Under the pieces are notes generated by a model. It ran no database searches. It had not been told where the DNA came from and worked only from the letters and a program-made list of their open reading frames with translations. From assembly GCA_051294375.1 (NCBI GenBank), contig CM119264.1, forward strand, positions 24,541,842 through 24,605,841: a DNA stretch of 64,000 bases, read 5' to 3'. Below are positions 13,363 to 32,328 of this stretch, piece after piece (position 1 is the stretch's first letter; each line of letters starts with the position of its first letter). This DNA is from Paraspadella gotoi (lineage: Eukaryota > Animalia > Chaetognatha). The translations under genes and the position numbers were made by a program.

Positions 13363-14186
13363 AAAACAAGTTTGAGCAAACAATGTCAGATTTGCCCGCG
13401 TCCTTTAGCGGTAATTAATAAATTAATTAATTTAATCCGAAATATTTGTTTTTAGGTCTTTTCGTCACTACGATAAAAGCAACGACGATGATAGCGACAA
13501 TGACAATATTGACAATAATGCCGATAACGATTGACTTGATTATATAGTTAATTGATAAATAAATTGATTGATTGAATAATTAATTAATAGATAAATAAAT
13601 AGATTGAATAATTAATTAATAGATAAATAGATTGATTGATTGACTGATTAAGTAATTATTAATTAAATAACTGATTATTTGATTATCATTTGTATTTACA
13701 TTTAATATAAAAAAAATTGCATAATCAATTAGTAAAACAGGTTTTTTGTTTTTTCCAACTAAACTCATTTCCACTATTCCACGATTCCATCGAAACTTGA
13801 TTTCCAGCTTAATCACACACTTTCTTACCCACATAAAAATTTAAGCCATTCGCCCTATCCACTATTTGGTAATTGGCGTTCAAATAGTGAAATATATTTT
13901 TTTGCACGATTTCATCGAAACTTCATATCCAGCTCAATCACAAACTTAACTTCCCACACACAAAATTTCATTCCAATACATCTATCCAATCACGAATAAT
14001 TGGAGTTTTTTTCGTAAGGTGGGACGGATGGACAGAGACGGACGGACGGACATCCTTTTTTTTATGCATAATTTATGTTCTGACATGATTTAAATAAATG
14101 CCCGACAAGATTAAAGGGGTGGACCGACGAAACGACAAAGTGAATTATAAAGTCGGAATCTGCTGATGAGCAGATCCGACTAAAAA
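13363..14186 (-). mobile_element. DINE-1/HINE-like non-autonomous Helentron-type element, independent diverged copy
   Basis: The minus strand reads TTTTT-AGTCGGATCTGCT-catc-AGCAGATTCCGACT, then a (GTCC)n microsatellite, an internal ~100-bp duplication, an ATTA/ATTG satellite, and a 3' GCAAATCTGAC followed by the hairpin GTTTG-ct-CAAAC and TTTT. It aligns by eye with 1828-2303 but has different flanks. Confidence 0.65.
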
Positions 14187-14866
14187 GAGATGTCAAAATG
14201 ATCATTGATATCGCTTCTTAAAAAGCTTGATATACAAAAATCTAAGCTGGGTACTTAAACTGGGTTGGCTTGATTAAAGAAAAGATCGCGATTAGGGTTG
14301 CGTTATCAATAATCTTTTTTTAATGAAATAAAAAAATAAGGAGAGTGAGAGAGAGCAAACCAAGAGAATGAGCAAATGATAGAATAATTTATCTAAATTT
14401 TCAGATTCACACTATAACACAATTCTGTAAAAATATATTCTGTAGTAAATTTAATTTAATTTAAATACAACTACACCGACGACGTCGCATTGACGGCTTC
14501 AAGTAATACGCGAGATGCGCTTACTAGCATCTATGTAGTCGTAACCAACCTAACCACAATAAACACCTCGTCATGCCTCGAAAACACACAAAAAAAATTG
14601 TGATGAGATCAGCGGCAAAATTTTGACCTTTCCCTTTTTTTATTAATTTGTATTTGCATAAAAATTAAATACTATGCATCTTGCTTGCATTTTTTTTTTC
14701 GTATTACTAAACTGGAAGCGGGAATTGTTTACAAAAACAATTACTGGGTAATCGTTCTGAAACGATTTAAAAAAAAATTAAATAGAAAGCCAATGAACAA
14801 CGCTTGAACATATGAGACAGCAAAGCTAGAATAATCAACACAACAATTTTAAATAATTACTCGCTA

Positions 14867-17800
14867 TCATTCCGAATCCGTTAAGGAGATCGCATGAGAT
14901 TGGCCAGGATTATCCGCAGCCTCGCTGGTACGAGGCTCCGCACTTTCGTTGGTAGGAGGCCCAACAGCCCCGAGGGGACGAGGCATGACGGCCTCCTCAA
15001 CGTCGGAACATTGTTGCTGTCGTCGGCTCCGATTGTCGGCTTCTGACGGGAGTGCGTCGGGTTCGCCCTCCGCCTCCACGTCTTCTTCTTTTTCTTCCTT
15101 TGAAATCTTTTCTTCGCCGGCAAGCCGAAGGCGATCCTTTGATCTAAGAACAAATTAATGACAAATTAATGACAAATATGTATAAATTTTATAGTTAAAA
15201 CATTATTATTTAGTTATAGCTATCTGGAGCTTTCTAGAGCTATAGTTATCTAGAGCTATCAATAACTTACTATTTCAGTCATCTTTAAAATAAAGTTATC
15301 ACCCATCATCAAAATCATAAATTTATCACCAATCATTATCATTATGTTACAGCGTTACTAACTTACCTTGATAACACGGCATCTGGAATATTTTGAACAT
15401 AGATGACGCGATTATAGGCCCTCCATCTTCGACATAATGCTATATACATTTTAAATTGTACATACATGAAAACAAGGCCACCCACAAACCCGATGGCAAC
15501 AACAATTAATTTTGTCCAAAAGGGCCACTCAAGATTTCCTAGTAAAATAGTAAAATTAAATTATCATTTCTTGCAGAATTTAATTTTTCGAAATGTTTGA
15601 AAAAACTGAATAATTGTTTGAAAATATTAGTTTTTATTCATTGTTGCTAAAGCAAAATATGATTTCATATACACACCTTTACGAACTTCATCGGTGGTTC
15701 TATCTATAAGAACATACAATGACCATATGACGCAAGTTATGGCTATAACATGAAAGGTTACAGAACACATAATTTTCCTTCGTTCCACAGTAGTCATTTG
15801 AAGTTTCTCCCATTTTTGGAATGGCTTGATTTTTGTTTCCATAATAAATTCGAACTTACATAATTCGCACGTTTTAGTTTCTGAAGATTTTATCCATTGC
15901 TGCAAGCATGACTGCAAAAAAGCAAGCAAAAAACCATAGGAGCAAATGTTCAATATTTTCTACCATACACGACAAAAAATAAAACATAAAATTTTAAATT
16001 TCAAAACGTTTAGTCAAAATCGAAAATAAAAACTTGCCTGGTGAACCCATCTTAAGCTGCCTGTGCAATAGCACGGCGCGATCAATGGGGCATCTGGATA
16101 CTCTCCCTCACAATGACAAATACGACAAATATCACCGCTGACTGTTGCCCCAGAAGATGTCTGAAAAAAATAAAGTAGTTAAATGAACCTAATTAAAAAA
16201 AGAGTGTGTACTACTTAGTAAGCGATGTAATTACTTCTAAGGAAGAATTAGTGGAGCTCCTTGAAGGACGAGAGATATCGTCACCTTCGACAACCTCGCC
16301 GAAGCCTTTCAAGGAAAGTTTGGTCGCACAAATTGAAGACCCTAAGGTACGCATTTACACTATTTAAAAATTACAGAAGGCTTCATATTATCAAATAGTT
16401 TTTATGACTAGAATCTGATTCGCAAAATCTATTGGATCTAATTTATTTAAAATTACTAAAAACGATCCCTATGAATACAAATAGATGGAGGCGAATTTCA
16501 ATATATTTGACCCCTGAGCCAAAATACAGATCTGCTCAAAAAAAAGTTTAAACTTTGAAACCCCTACTATTTCGCATGTCTGTTGTCCTATTAATTAAAA
16601 TTTGGGTTCATTTGAAAGCTAAGACAAATATCTTTCATTCAAGCCCATGACAAGGCTAAATATTATAGAAGCTGTGCTAAAATAAAAAAAAGGATTGAAA
16701 TTTTATCTTACAATTTTTTTTTGCAAAAAAATTTTTTTTCCATCTTTGTTTTTTGTTTATTTGTATTTTTTTACCATGGAAACTTCAAAACAGCTTATCC
16801 CCAACAAGAAAGCTGCAATTGTTAAGCTTTGAAAAGCGGGTTTGTCAAGATATAGGATTGCCAAACAGTTTTATTTCTCTCCTACAGCCATCTGCAGAGT
16901 TGTCAACAAATTTGAAGCAAATGGACACCTTGAATGAGCTGTTGGAAGCAGGCGGCCTCACATATCCACGGAGAATGAGATCAATGAAGTAGAAAGTCTC
17001 GCAATTCNNNNNNNNNNCACGGAGAATGAGATCGAAGAAGTGGAAAGTCTCGCAATTCAAGACCGTAAGGCTTCTGCAAGCCAGTTAAAAAAAAAATAGA
17101 AAGAAGAGGAAGTGTTACCAATCGTCCAACAGTGAATGGGTGGCCTTTCATGGAGGATAATGTTCCTGGATACAAAGCTAAAGCTACCCAAAAATGGGAT
17201 CGAGGTGCTTAAAGGTTAGCCGGGAAACTCTCCTAACTGCAACATTAAAAATATCTAGTCAAGGATAAAAAAAGATATTTTACAGTATAACGATATGACA
17301 GTCAACAAAATCAAGAAAATTTTAAAATGTATTTGGGGAGCTGAACCCTTCATATTTGCGCAGCCTCTACGACTCTCTCCCTCATTGCAGGGAGGTGGTG
17401 CTGGAAGCAAATGGTGGTCTGACAACGTATTAACTAACTGAATCCCAAAAAATATTATTTTCCTTCAATTAACGAAATAAAATGCTTTTATCATAACTAT
17501 TAAACTTTTTTTGAGCAGATCTGTATGTATGAGAGATATGGTTAAATTTTTTTTAATATTTAAATTCTTTTTGTTTTGAACAGTTGCAGACTTTTACAAA
17601 AACGTTTTTATTACCATAAAAATATATCAGTTTACCTAAATTTTCGGGTTTATGAACATCAATGCTTCATGTCAGATTTGGAATAATTCAGGGGAAAAAT
17701 GGAATTAAAACGATCAACAATGCATCTACATACAATTAATCAACTTTAGTTATAAAATGGTTTAATGGTTCTAAAATATGTTTAAGCCGTCAGTGCTCCT

Positions 17801-20800
17801 CATGCTACAAAATGAAATAAACATTTTTAACCTTTTTTGGCGCTTTGATAGTTTAATTTATATATATATTTACTGATGTGATGATAGTCATTCACCAATG
17901 TGATGATAGTCATTCACTGATGTGATCATAATCATTCATTGATGTGATGATAATCATTCATCGTAAATAAAACAAAGAAATGCTGTATGCGTATGAGTGA
18001 GAGAGAGAAAGAGAAGTCCAGCCGCTGCAGAGCTGAACTCGTTTTTAAACGAATCAGAAGAGGCAGCGACGGAGACAAGGGCGGCATAACTAAAACGTAT
18101 TACGCAATTCGTAATAGTTTTTATATAAAATTTGTTTTGTAAATAAAGCAAACAAATCCGAGTACTGATATGAAACAATTTCAAAGATCTTGATGATGAA
18201 AGGCCATATCTAAATTTTTAACTTCTTTTGATATCACGCTTTTACAAGAATCAATCGAAATTTGTAGTAGTTTTTATATAAGAAAAGCGTGACGACGACG
18301 ACGGCAGAAAGAAGCAATACTAAACGATTATCTACGCCCAAATAAAAAGCAATAATTGAGATTATATAATTTATATGCGTTATAGAAATGGAAATAACCT
18401 GACATTGTCGTGTTGCTGGTAAACTCAGTGGGCGGTTGAGAGATGAATATCTTGTGATTAGATCTCCCAACGACGAAAGAACTTGAGGCAGAAATGACGG
18501 AGGCTCCTCTCGGATGCAACGAGGCGCCGGGCGGCATGACGCCGCCACACGCGCCGCAAACCTCCAGGGTTCGAGATCCTCCAACAGTCGGACTTCCTTC
18601 TTGATTCGGCAAAATCTTGGCAGGTTCCGGCAATCCCAAAACGACGGGCGCCGACTGACTCGCAACTGAGTACAAACTCCGTCCAGAGGAAGGATCGATG
18701 GTAATCACAGTCATTCCTTGTCTATGTTCTAAAAAAATGGAAAAACATCCTCATTAATACTACACGGAATTCAAATGGGAGTGAAATGAAAAGAGTTATT
18801 TTATCAGTTTATTAGTTAAAAAAATTCCCTGACGTTTATGTTCCTATATAGCAAATTGATAATACTTTACATCATAACCACTGGTTCGCTTGCTTTCCAG
18901 CAGCTTTTTTTGAAACATTTCTCCACTCTTATTTGATAGCTCTATTTTAAACTCATTGCGAAAAAAATTAAGCCAAAAATTTTAAATTAATAAGTATGTC
19001 TTGGGAGCATGTAAAAAAATTCTTATTTAAATAAATTTCAAGGTTTAGTGAGGCTACAGGCTGTTGTAAGATCCTTGTACTTTTCAAATTTTCTTTTTTA
19101 ACGCAAAAATATTTATTTTCTATTAGTTTTAACTAAAAAAATATAAAATAAATAATTGATTGATTGATGTAATGGTAATTGATTATTGATGTAGGACTAA
19201 GCTCTGACGAACAATGCCCGAGGTTTTTTTAATATATTCTTATACCGGCCAAGGTAAAAAAGAATGATGGCAATATTGTTAATATTAAGTTTCAAAAAAA
19301 TCCGACCATAAATATAGAAATATTAACAAAATTTGGAAAATCCACCCCTTCTTTGGAAGATTTTGCCATAGAAGATTTTTCCCGAATCTGACTCCGGGTT
19401 GAAAACTCTTAGAATTCCGACGTTAACTCCTCTTTTACTTTTACTTTAAATAAAAATTTCACCAAAATGGACTAATTCACTTTACCATGATCGTATCATA
19501 TCAAAATAACCAAATAAAATGTAAAGAAAAAATTTGAGAGCCCTTCAGACACTTTGCCAAAGGATTCCAAAATTGGACCTATTTGTTGAACAGGAACATA
19601 CCTCAGTCACGTTATATTCTTTTCAAGGAAAAAAATCCCTTTCATTCCTATATAAATTCAATGGAAAATTTTTCCGTCCAGAGCAGATCTATTTGTTCTG
19701 GCTTGTTTGATAACAAGATGATGATTTGACAGGAGAAAAAAAATGCGAGCCTTCAGATGCAACAGGATCGAATCAAGTGTTTTTACATCATATTTTACCA
19801 GAATTTTTACCAGGAGCGTTATATATGTTTGGTAGTGATTTGAACGAAAATCTCAATTGAAAAAGTCTTCCTCGATCTTTAAGAACGACATAGACTCCTG
19901 ATTGATGCGATGATAACTAAAGGATTGATGCGATGATAGTCATCCATCGACGCGATGATAGTCATCCATCGACGCGATGATAGTCATCCATCGACGCGAT
20001 GATAGTCATTCATCGACGCGATGATAGTCATTCATTGACGCGATGATAGTCATTCATTGACGCGATGATAGTCATTCATCATAAATAAAACAAACAAATG
20101 TGTATATGTGTGTGAGAGAGAAAGAAAAAAAAAGAGAGAGAAAAAAAGAAAGATGTCCAGCCGCTGCAGAGCTGAACTCATTTTTAGACAAATCAGAAGA
20201 GGCAGCGACGGAGAAAAAGAGAGAGCAACAAATAAAAGAGATAGAGAACGACATAATTAAATCGTAATTTGTAATTCATTGTAGTTTTATATAAAAATTG
20301 TTTTGTAAATAAAACAAACAAATCCGTGTATTGATATGAAACATGACAATTTAAAAGACCTTAATGATGAGAAACCAAATCTAAATTTTTAGTTTCTTAT
20401 GATTATATACTTTTACAATTTCCAATTGTAAAAAAGCGTAACGACGACGACAACGAAGCAAAAATGTCGGTTGAGGTAAAAAAGGTAAGCGATTTTTCTA
20501 ATAGAGTGCAAAATCCGAAGTTGCAATAACAAATTTTTAGCCACAGTATTTGATCTTTTCATTTCTCTCGCATTTCGATTTTTAAACAAGAAATTGCATC
20601 TTTAACCTAAAGAATGTTATTTTTACTATTCTTAGTTATTTTCTCAATTACGCTTGAATTTCCAGATTCCTACCAAATCCTACCAAGCTCGGGCGGCAAT
20701 CTCGTGAGCAAGCCCTTGGATCCCGGTAAGCCGACGAGCTGATTGGCGGTCCCAGATACGGGCTCTTCCGAGGCGTGGAGGACGACGGAAGTCGACGATG

Positions 20801-21473
20801 GAGAGGCGGATGTCGCCGTCGCCGCCGCGCCGGAATTCGGTATGGTTAGGACGACGGGGGCGGGGCTCTTCTCCGCGTCTGAGGGACTAGAAACGATGAG
20901 TGAAAGAGTCGAGGGGGCGTTGACGGAGACTGGAGGATCGCTGGGCGAAAGGCAATACACGACGGTCGAGGTTTGACGCGAGGGAAGAACCAGTTGATCC
21001 GCCGGCGCGAACGGCGTTGTTTCGTCGCAATCGTCATATTCGTCGTGAGATGCGACGTCGGCGGTTTCGCTCGTTCTGGAGCAGGCTTTCACTGTCTCAG
21101 CCGGGAGGTCGGCCTCCGTAAAAGCGACGGAGGTCAGAGTTCTACATGAGAAAAATAACGGTGAAAAAAATTAGATAAACGACTCATGATGGTAATCAAG
21201 TAGGTGTTTCATATTTCGAGAAGACACACAAGGAGTGAAAGACTGAGCATTGGAGGACCAAACAGTCAGAATCAGAAAACCTCTTCCACCTATCCCTATT
21301 ATTGAACACATCAGTATCCACCCTTAGCAGTAATCCTTTTCCACTCACCTATGCCCACTGCATCCGCTTGGTTTCTCCTTCGCATCGGAAGAAGACGATG
21401 GAGGCTGAGGCGGATCTCGAGCGGCGGCGGTCTGCTCCAGACTCTCCATAGTCACCACCTGAACAATGTCCAT
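14867..21473 (-). CDS. MARCHF8: RING-CH E3 ubiquitin ligase of the MARCHF8/MARCHF1 group, ~608 aa, 8 coding exons
   Basis: Exons 21473-21349, 21141-20684, 18728-18399, 16341-16235, 16160-16038, 15911-15677, 15538-15367, 15143-14867 have compatible phases and total 1827 nt. RING-CH: [30 protein letters not shown]|[19 protein letters not shown]. It is followed by [37 protein letters not shown] and [26 protein letters not shown] (two TM segments). The three N-terminal low-complexity exons are less certain than the core. Confidence 0.93.
16527..17523 (+). mobile_element. Decayed, internally deleted Tc1/mariner DNA transposon in a MARCHF8 intron
   Basis: TIRs CAGATCTGCTCAAAAAAAAGTTTA / TAAACTTTTTTTGAGCAGATCTG are both flanked by TA. 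Degenerate transposase motifs: [16 protein letters not shown] (cf. QDNAP.H), [13 protein letters not shown] (cf. WP..SPDLNPIEN.W) and [22 protein letters not shown] (Tc1 C-terminus). Confidence 0.9.
17872..18310. repeat. Dispersed repeat block with a 22-bp tandem array, copy 1 (direct relative of 19904-20455)
   Basis: About 4 units of GATGTGATGATAGTCATTCA(C)NN, followed by GTCCAGCCGCTGCAGAGCTGAACTC...AATCAGAAGAGGCAGCGACGGAGA and an AT-rich tail shared with copy 2. Confidence 0.85.
19904..20455. repeat. Dispersed repeat block with a 22-bp minisatellite (GACGCGATGATAGTCATYCATY, ~8 units), copy 2
   Basis: Period-22 array at 19904-20079, then the same unique sequence as 17960-18310. Confidence 0.88.
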
Positions 21474-21849
21474 CACCGAAGTTGAGGGATTTCGTCAATT
21501 TACAGCCAATCTTTTAAATTAATGATCGAAATCAGTCTCCCTTAATACAAGTGTTCGGAGTTTGCTTTTTGAGTATCATTCTGGCGAAGAATACAAATCA
21601 GCCAGCTTCGACAGGATAGAGGATTAAACACGTCTGTCGAGTTTTATGAGCCATAACTAGGAGGAAAAAACACGAAAAAAAAATTAGTTGAACATAATAA
21701 AAATTATTCAAAAAAATTAAACTATACTTGGAAAGGTTTGTTACCAAATCAAATGTAACTGCCGTTGGTAAAAATACATTTAAACAAAAAAGCTTAACAG
21801 TAATCGGAAAAATAAGACAAAACTGGAAAAGAAGGATGAGGGCTCACTC

Positions 21850-22420
21850 AGACAAACATAAATATTTTTTTTATTTGATTTGTTTGATCACAGACGTCAG
21901 CGGAAGGCGTCCACTGCTTAGTTCAGAAAAAAAATATGCAACACCAATACTTTTTTTTTTGTCTGGACCGACTGACCGACCCAGAGAGACATCTTTGGTT
22001 TAGTTCCTTCTTTCTTGAAAGTCGACGACTGTGATTGGCCAACTTTTTCCTTGCGTCTTCTTCAATGGCCTGATTCTCACTAGATCAATGACGTGAGTAA
22101 TAGATTTTTATAGGAAAGTATGTTTTGATTAGTCTGTGTTACAAGCTAGCGGCAATTCTATTGGTCCATTACTAGAAACACTCACGTTATTAGCGGAGGC
22201 TTTTTTACTATTTTTTCATTGGTCAATTTTTAAAAAAGTATTTAAGTGATTTGTTGATTACATTTGTGACGCAAATTGAAGTCACCTTATACAGCTTCAT
22301 GCATGCACACAAGCCGATAGCCGGATAAAGGTTGCCGCAATCGCCATGGTCGTTTATAAAAAATTAACATAAAGTTAAGTCATGACTAGTGTTAAAATTT
22401 AACTTATTGTCCTTCTTTCA
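21850..22420. promoter_or_regulatory. Putative bidirectional promoter shared by MARCHF8 and DDX39
   Basis: Head-to-head ATGs are ~1 kb apart (21473 and 22479). Three inverted CCAAT boxes (ATTGG at ~22034, ~22160, ~22218), TGACGTGA at ~22089 and a YY1-like CGCCATGG at ~22342 are present. 5'UTR splice acceptors occur on both sides (minus-strand TAG at 21659-21657; plus-strand CAG ending 22421). Confidence 0.6.
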
Positions 22421-22478
22421 GATAAATACTACTTCGTATTTACTTCGAATTTCCAAGTAGTTGTTTTAAAACTTAAAA

Positions 22479-28461
<5,983 letters not shown>

Positions 28462-31400
28462 AATTTTTGAGAAAAAAAATCAACTGGAACAATTTTTTCC
28501 TCTAGCAGAACTATTAGCTTTAGTGTCTCCGTCTTGTTTCTGTTTTCATGTTTCTGACATTCCATCCCAACTCATGTTTTTGGTTGAAAATTTGTCAGTG
28601 GACACTGCAACGCTTTTTCTTCGGATTAAATCGTAACTCTTGATCGATCGCTCTTTCGTTTATCAAGTTATAACCGGTAACCTTGCAGGAATAGGTCTTG
28701 TCTTGGCAATTTATGATTATGATAGTAAATTATTGTTAAATGTTGGTTTTGTTTTCAAAGATGCTAAATTCAGGTTAAACTATAAATTATTTACGGATTC
28801 TTTAGTTATTCGCAGAGAAGGCCATAATAAGTGGAATGTACCTAAAGTTCAGTATATTATATTTAGTTTGTTAAAATTGATAGTTGGAATAAAATATATA
28901 AATATATAGAATTTTTGATTGTTTATTCGTTTAATTTTTCATGGAAAGAATCCGCTTGCTTTTGTAATTGTAAAAGATAATGAGACTAAATAATATTCAT
29001 AATTCACTGAGCCAAAGTATGTATGATATTGATATGACGATAAGAAACAAGTGGTTTTCAAATTTCGCTATTTAAATTACAAATGTATGTTTAAAAGACG
29101 TTTCGAATTCATTGTTAAAACATAATAGGGTGATCTGAATTTTTAGGTAGTAAGGGACCCGTCAATGACTAATACTAATTACAAAGCGAATAATAATTTT
29201 TAAAAAATTGCAATTTTTTTCATTCAAAATTATTCTACTTCAAAACTTTTTGGGATGAAAGTTAGTGAAATTACTCCTTTAGGAGATTCGATTTAAAATA
29301 AGCCAAAAATACTATCTTAAAAATGGCCTACCCAAAGTTTCCCGTCCTTCCGTTCCGAGAATCTTCGTTGCCAGCGATGTTCGAGAGGCGCTTCCGGAAC
29401 TAATTTGTGCATTGCATAATGCATATGTCACTATCCGTGCAGTGACCAACTGACCATTATATTGAGCTGGAAAACATTAGCCTTGAGGGTAATCGTTAAC
29501 CTACGGTGAGATTTAAACGTAATACATTACACGGCCAAATAAGATGGGCACAACCATTGTTGTGCGTGATGACTGTAATATAAATGATACAAGTTCGTTG
29601 AGGAATATAAATATCAAACTGAGTGAGATTGAAATTAGGTGTCAAACATGATATAGTAAAATTTTATGAAATAGTCTATTTAATAGAAGTATTTTTTTGC
29701 TATATTATGTAATGTGTATATAGATTTTAATTTTATGAATTACTGTCGATTTGTAACGGGCATTGCCTTGGTTCTCATAATTAATCATCGTTCCCTTTCC
29801 TGAATCGGTGATTTATTGAGTAAACTTTGAACCGAGTACCTGTTCAAGGGGAAGCGTGAGGATTGCCGTAATTTGCCTTGGAGGCGTGGCGACGCCCATG
29901 CCTGGTTCAAAGCCGAGGACCCGTCTCAATAGCTGCTAGATGGGGTTAAACTTAAAGTAGTTACAGATAGTCTTCTTCAGCCCACTTAGCGCCTTAACAC
30001 CAATGAAATAGAATTATATAATATTATATTGTATAGATTAAGTTGAATAGAATTATTGTATAGATGGTAAATAAAAGCTTTCGTGTACTTGTTATCCGCT
30101 ATGTTATAAGAAAAGTCGCTTGCAACCTCGCCGTACTGCCATATTAATAGTATTAATATTAATGGTATCGAGGAAATCGTCATCTTGGAAGCAAACAACT
30201 ATGAATATCATTATTTCTGTGAAATAAGTGCAACCAATATAAAAATTATCCAGCCAGTTCATAAGCCAACTTGCCTTATCTTATTTTCTAAGACAATCTA
30301 TGTAAGTAAAAGCCTTCATACCTCTTACAACATCCGAACATAGTCATTAGATGTCCCTTGCGTTTCGGATTCCCCATTGAATTCTGCAGTAACATGATCT
30401 GAGTGAAATTTATACAAATACATTTATTAATTAATTTATGTAGCCCTCGACTTTGAACAGGCTCTCAGCTGCTACGCTATAAATCTATTTGGCTACATTC
30501 CTCGTACAAAATATAACAAAACAATTGACGAAAACGACCATATATACACTATTATACAGGGTACTTGAAGAATCACCGTGCAGACATTCCTACGGAATAT
30601 GCCTTGGCTAAGTAAAGGTCTAACTCTAAGAGGGGGACCTAATAATCCGACCAACCGAACACGCCGTCTTTCAAAAGAATGATCGAAAAAGGCCGTTTCA
30701 AGTAAAAAATATTTGGGCCGAGGTTCCCATGAAGTAAAAATAAAGGGAATGAACGTCGGACTCTTTCTCATCGAATCTGAGTGGCTTGAAGCTCGTACGA
30801 AGAGGCACGCACGAAACTCCTGCCTCTCGCTTCTTCTTTCTATCTCTCTCCCTCTCTCTCTCTCCAGACTTGCGACAACGGGACGGAAGAAAGAAATATT
30901 TGTCCTTTCAACTTTTGGAAAAAAACTCTTTTTTTTGTAAAAACAAGGATTTGATTGGGGCTTTAACCAGTAAAGACTTGTTGAGAATGTGGTAAAATAC
31001 TCACTCACACTCACCCTTCGACAATTAAATTGCGTCGAAATATTCGTTTTAGTTTCGTTACGAAAGGTTTCGAAATAACTGACATATGTCTAGTCATTTT
31101 TTTCTATTTTACTTTTTTTATCGAAATTTTATTATTAACCTATAAAATAATTAATTTAGTTATTATTTGCGTCATAATATTGAATTAACTATTTCCATTA
31201 ATAATAAATAATAATCTGGGTGGAGATGCAGGCCTGAGAGAAAAGCTCCTGCATGGCGACTCGGCTGCAGATCTTGAATTATAGCAAGCTGCGGCTGCAA
31301 GCTGCTGCATCAGAAGCCAGAGATTTTGCTGCGGCTGCTGAATACGGAGCTCGTTTGCTGCTCCCCTGCTGCTTTCGAGATTTAGCCTTCGAGTTCGACC

Positions 31401-31912
31401 GTAAATTGAAATGCAAGCTTGCCTCTTTGTAAAGATTTTGACTGACAAAGTAAAGTGAAAAGAAGAGAAGTCAATTCGCAACGTTGATAAAGGATTAAAG
31501 ACAACGTCTGAAACTACGTCTTCAAACGCACACGTCTGTAAACCGTAACGGAACCCCACTATTCCCCCGTTTCGATCACTTCAGTTTTATTTTTGCTATC
31601 GAGAGTAACAAGCCTTTCGTGTAGGACTAGTGATGAGTCTTTTTGGTACGCCGTATGATCGGCGTTCGTTTGTTGACCATAAACGACAGATGTTGACGCG
31701 CGATGAGTAAACATAATAAGAATGTCCTTTCAAATATTACGTAAGATCATAGGCCTCGAGTATTTTCCCAAAAATTAAACTTTGGTTGGTTTTCAAATTT
31801 ATATTTAATATTTATTATATTATCCTTCTTTTGTTCTCAATCTAAATATTGTCTATATCAAAATATTCTTTTTAATATATATATAAATTGTTTTGGTTGT
31901 ACTAATTTCATA

Positions 31913-32328
31913 TATGAAATTGGTACAACCAATATAAAAATTATCCATTCATTTAATAAATAAGCTATCTTGCCCCTGACTTTGGACAGGCTTTGGTGGT
32001 TTAAGGCCTCCATCACTCTTACAAGATAATGACAAAGCAGGTCCCTATTTCAATATTTCGAGATAAGCTAGTCGAATTATTTTATCCTTGATGGATAAAA
32101 CGGTTAAAAGCTATACATACAATCTAAAATATATATGATTATATATAAATATATATAGTAGAAAACTAGGACAGATTGTACTCTAACCTCTATTTATCCA
32201 TATAATAATATGTAAAAATTATTAAAAAGCAAGAAATATTTAATTAAATAATATAGATTAAATAGTAAAGCCTTTATAAAATATAAAAATAGAAAATAGT
32301 GAAACAAATAATTTTAGAAATTTTCATA
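31913..32328 (+). repeat. AT-rich dispersed repeat family (start motif TATGAAATTGGTACAACCAATATAAAAATTATC)
   Basis: The start motif recurs at ~30218, ~37410 and ~55803. The internal motif TAGAAAACTAGRACAGATTGTACTCTAAC and the 3' part recur at ~44218-44390, and a related segment forms the 41449-41543 palindrome. Confidence 0.6.

Noticed and set aside
14150-14182. CTGATGA inside a hairpin, as a possible hammerhead or C/D snoRNA
   Set aside because: No stem II followed by GAAA; it is the terminal hairpin of the DINE-1/HINE-like element.
19190-19900. Possible decayed transposase fragment in MARCHF8 intron 2
   Set aside because: Only vague coding-like words with stops; I could not verify TIRs, a TSD or a diagnostic motif.
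19904-20079. 22-bp repeat array as a possible CRISPR array
   Set aside because: The units are contiguous with no unique spacers, the context is a eukaryotic intron, and there are no cas genes; it is a minisatellite.
29752-29965. TGTAAC...GTTACA segment with a B-box-like GGTTCAAAGCC (solo LTR or tRNA-derived SINE)
   Set aside because: The flanks (GATT / GATA) are not an exact TSD, there is no second copy in the window, and no cloverleaf is evident.
31185-31559. 124-aa minus-strand ORF with a Q/A-rich segment
   Set aside because: Non-ATG start, no recognisable domain and no clear splice partners; it may be a decayed retroelement fragment.
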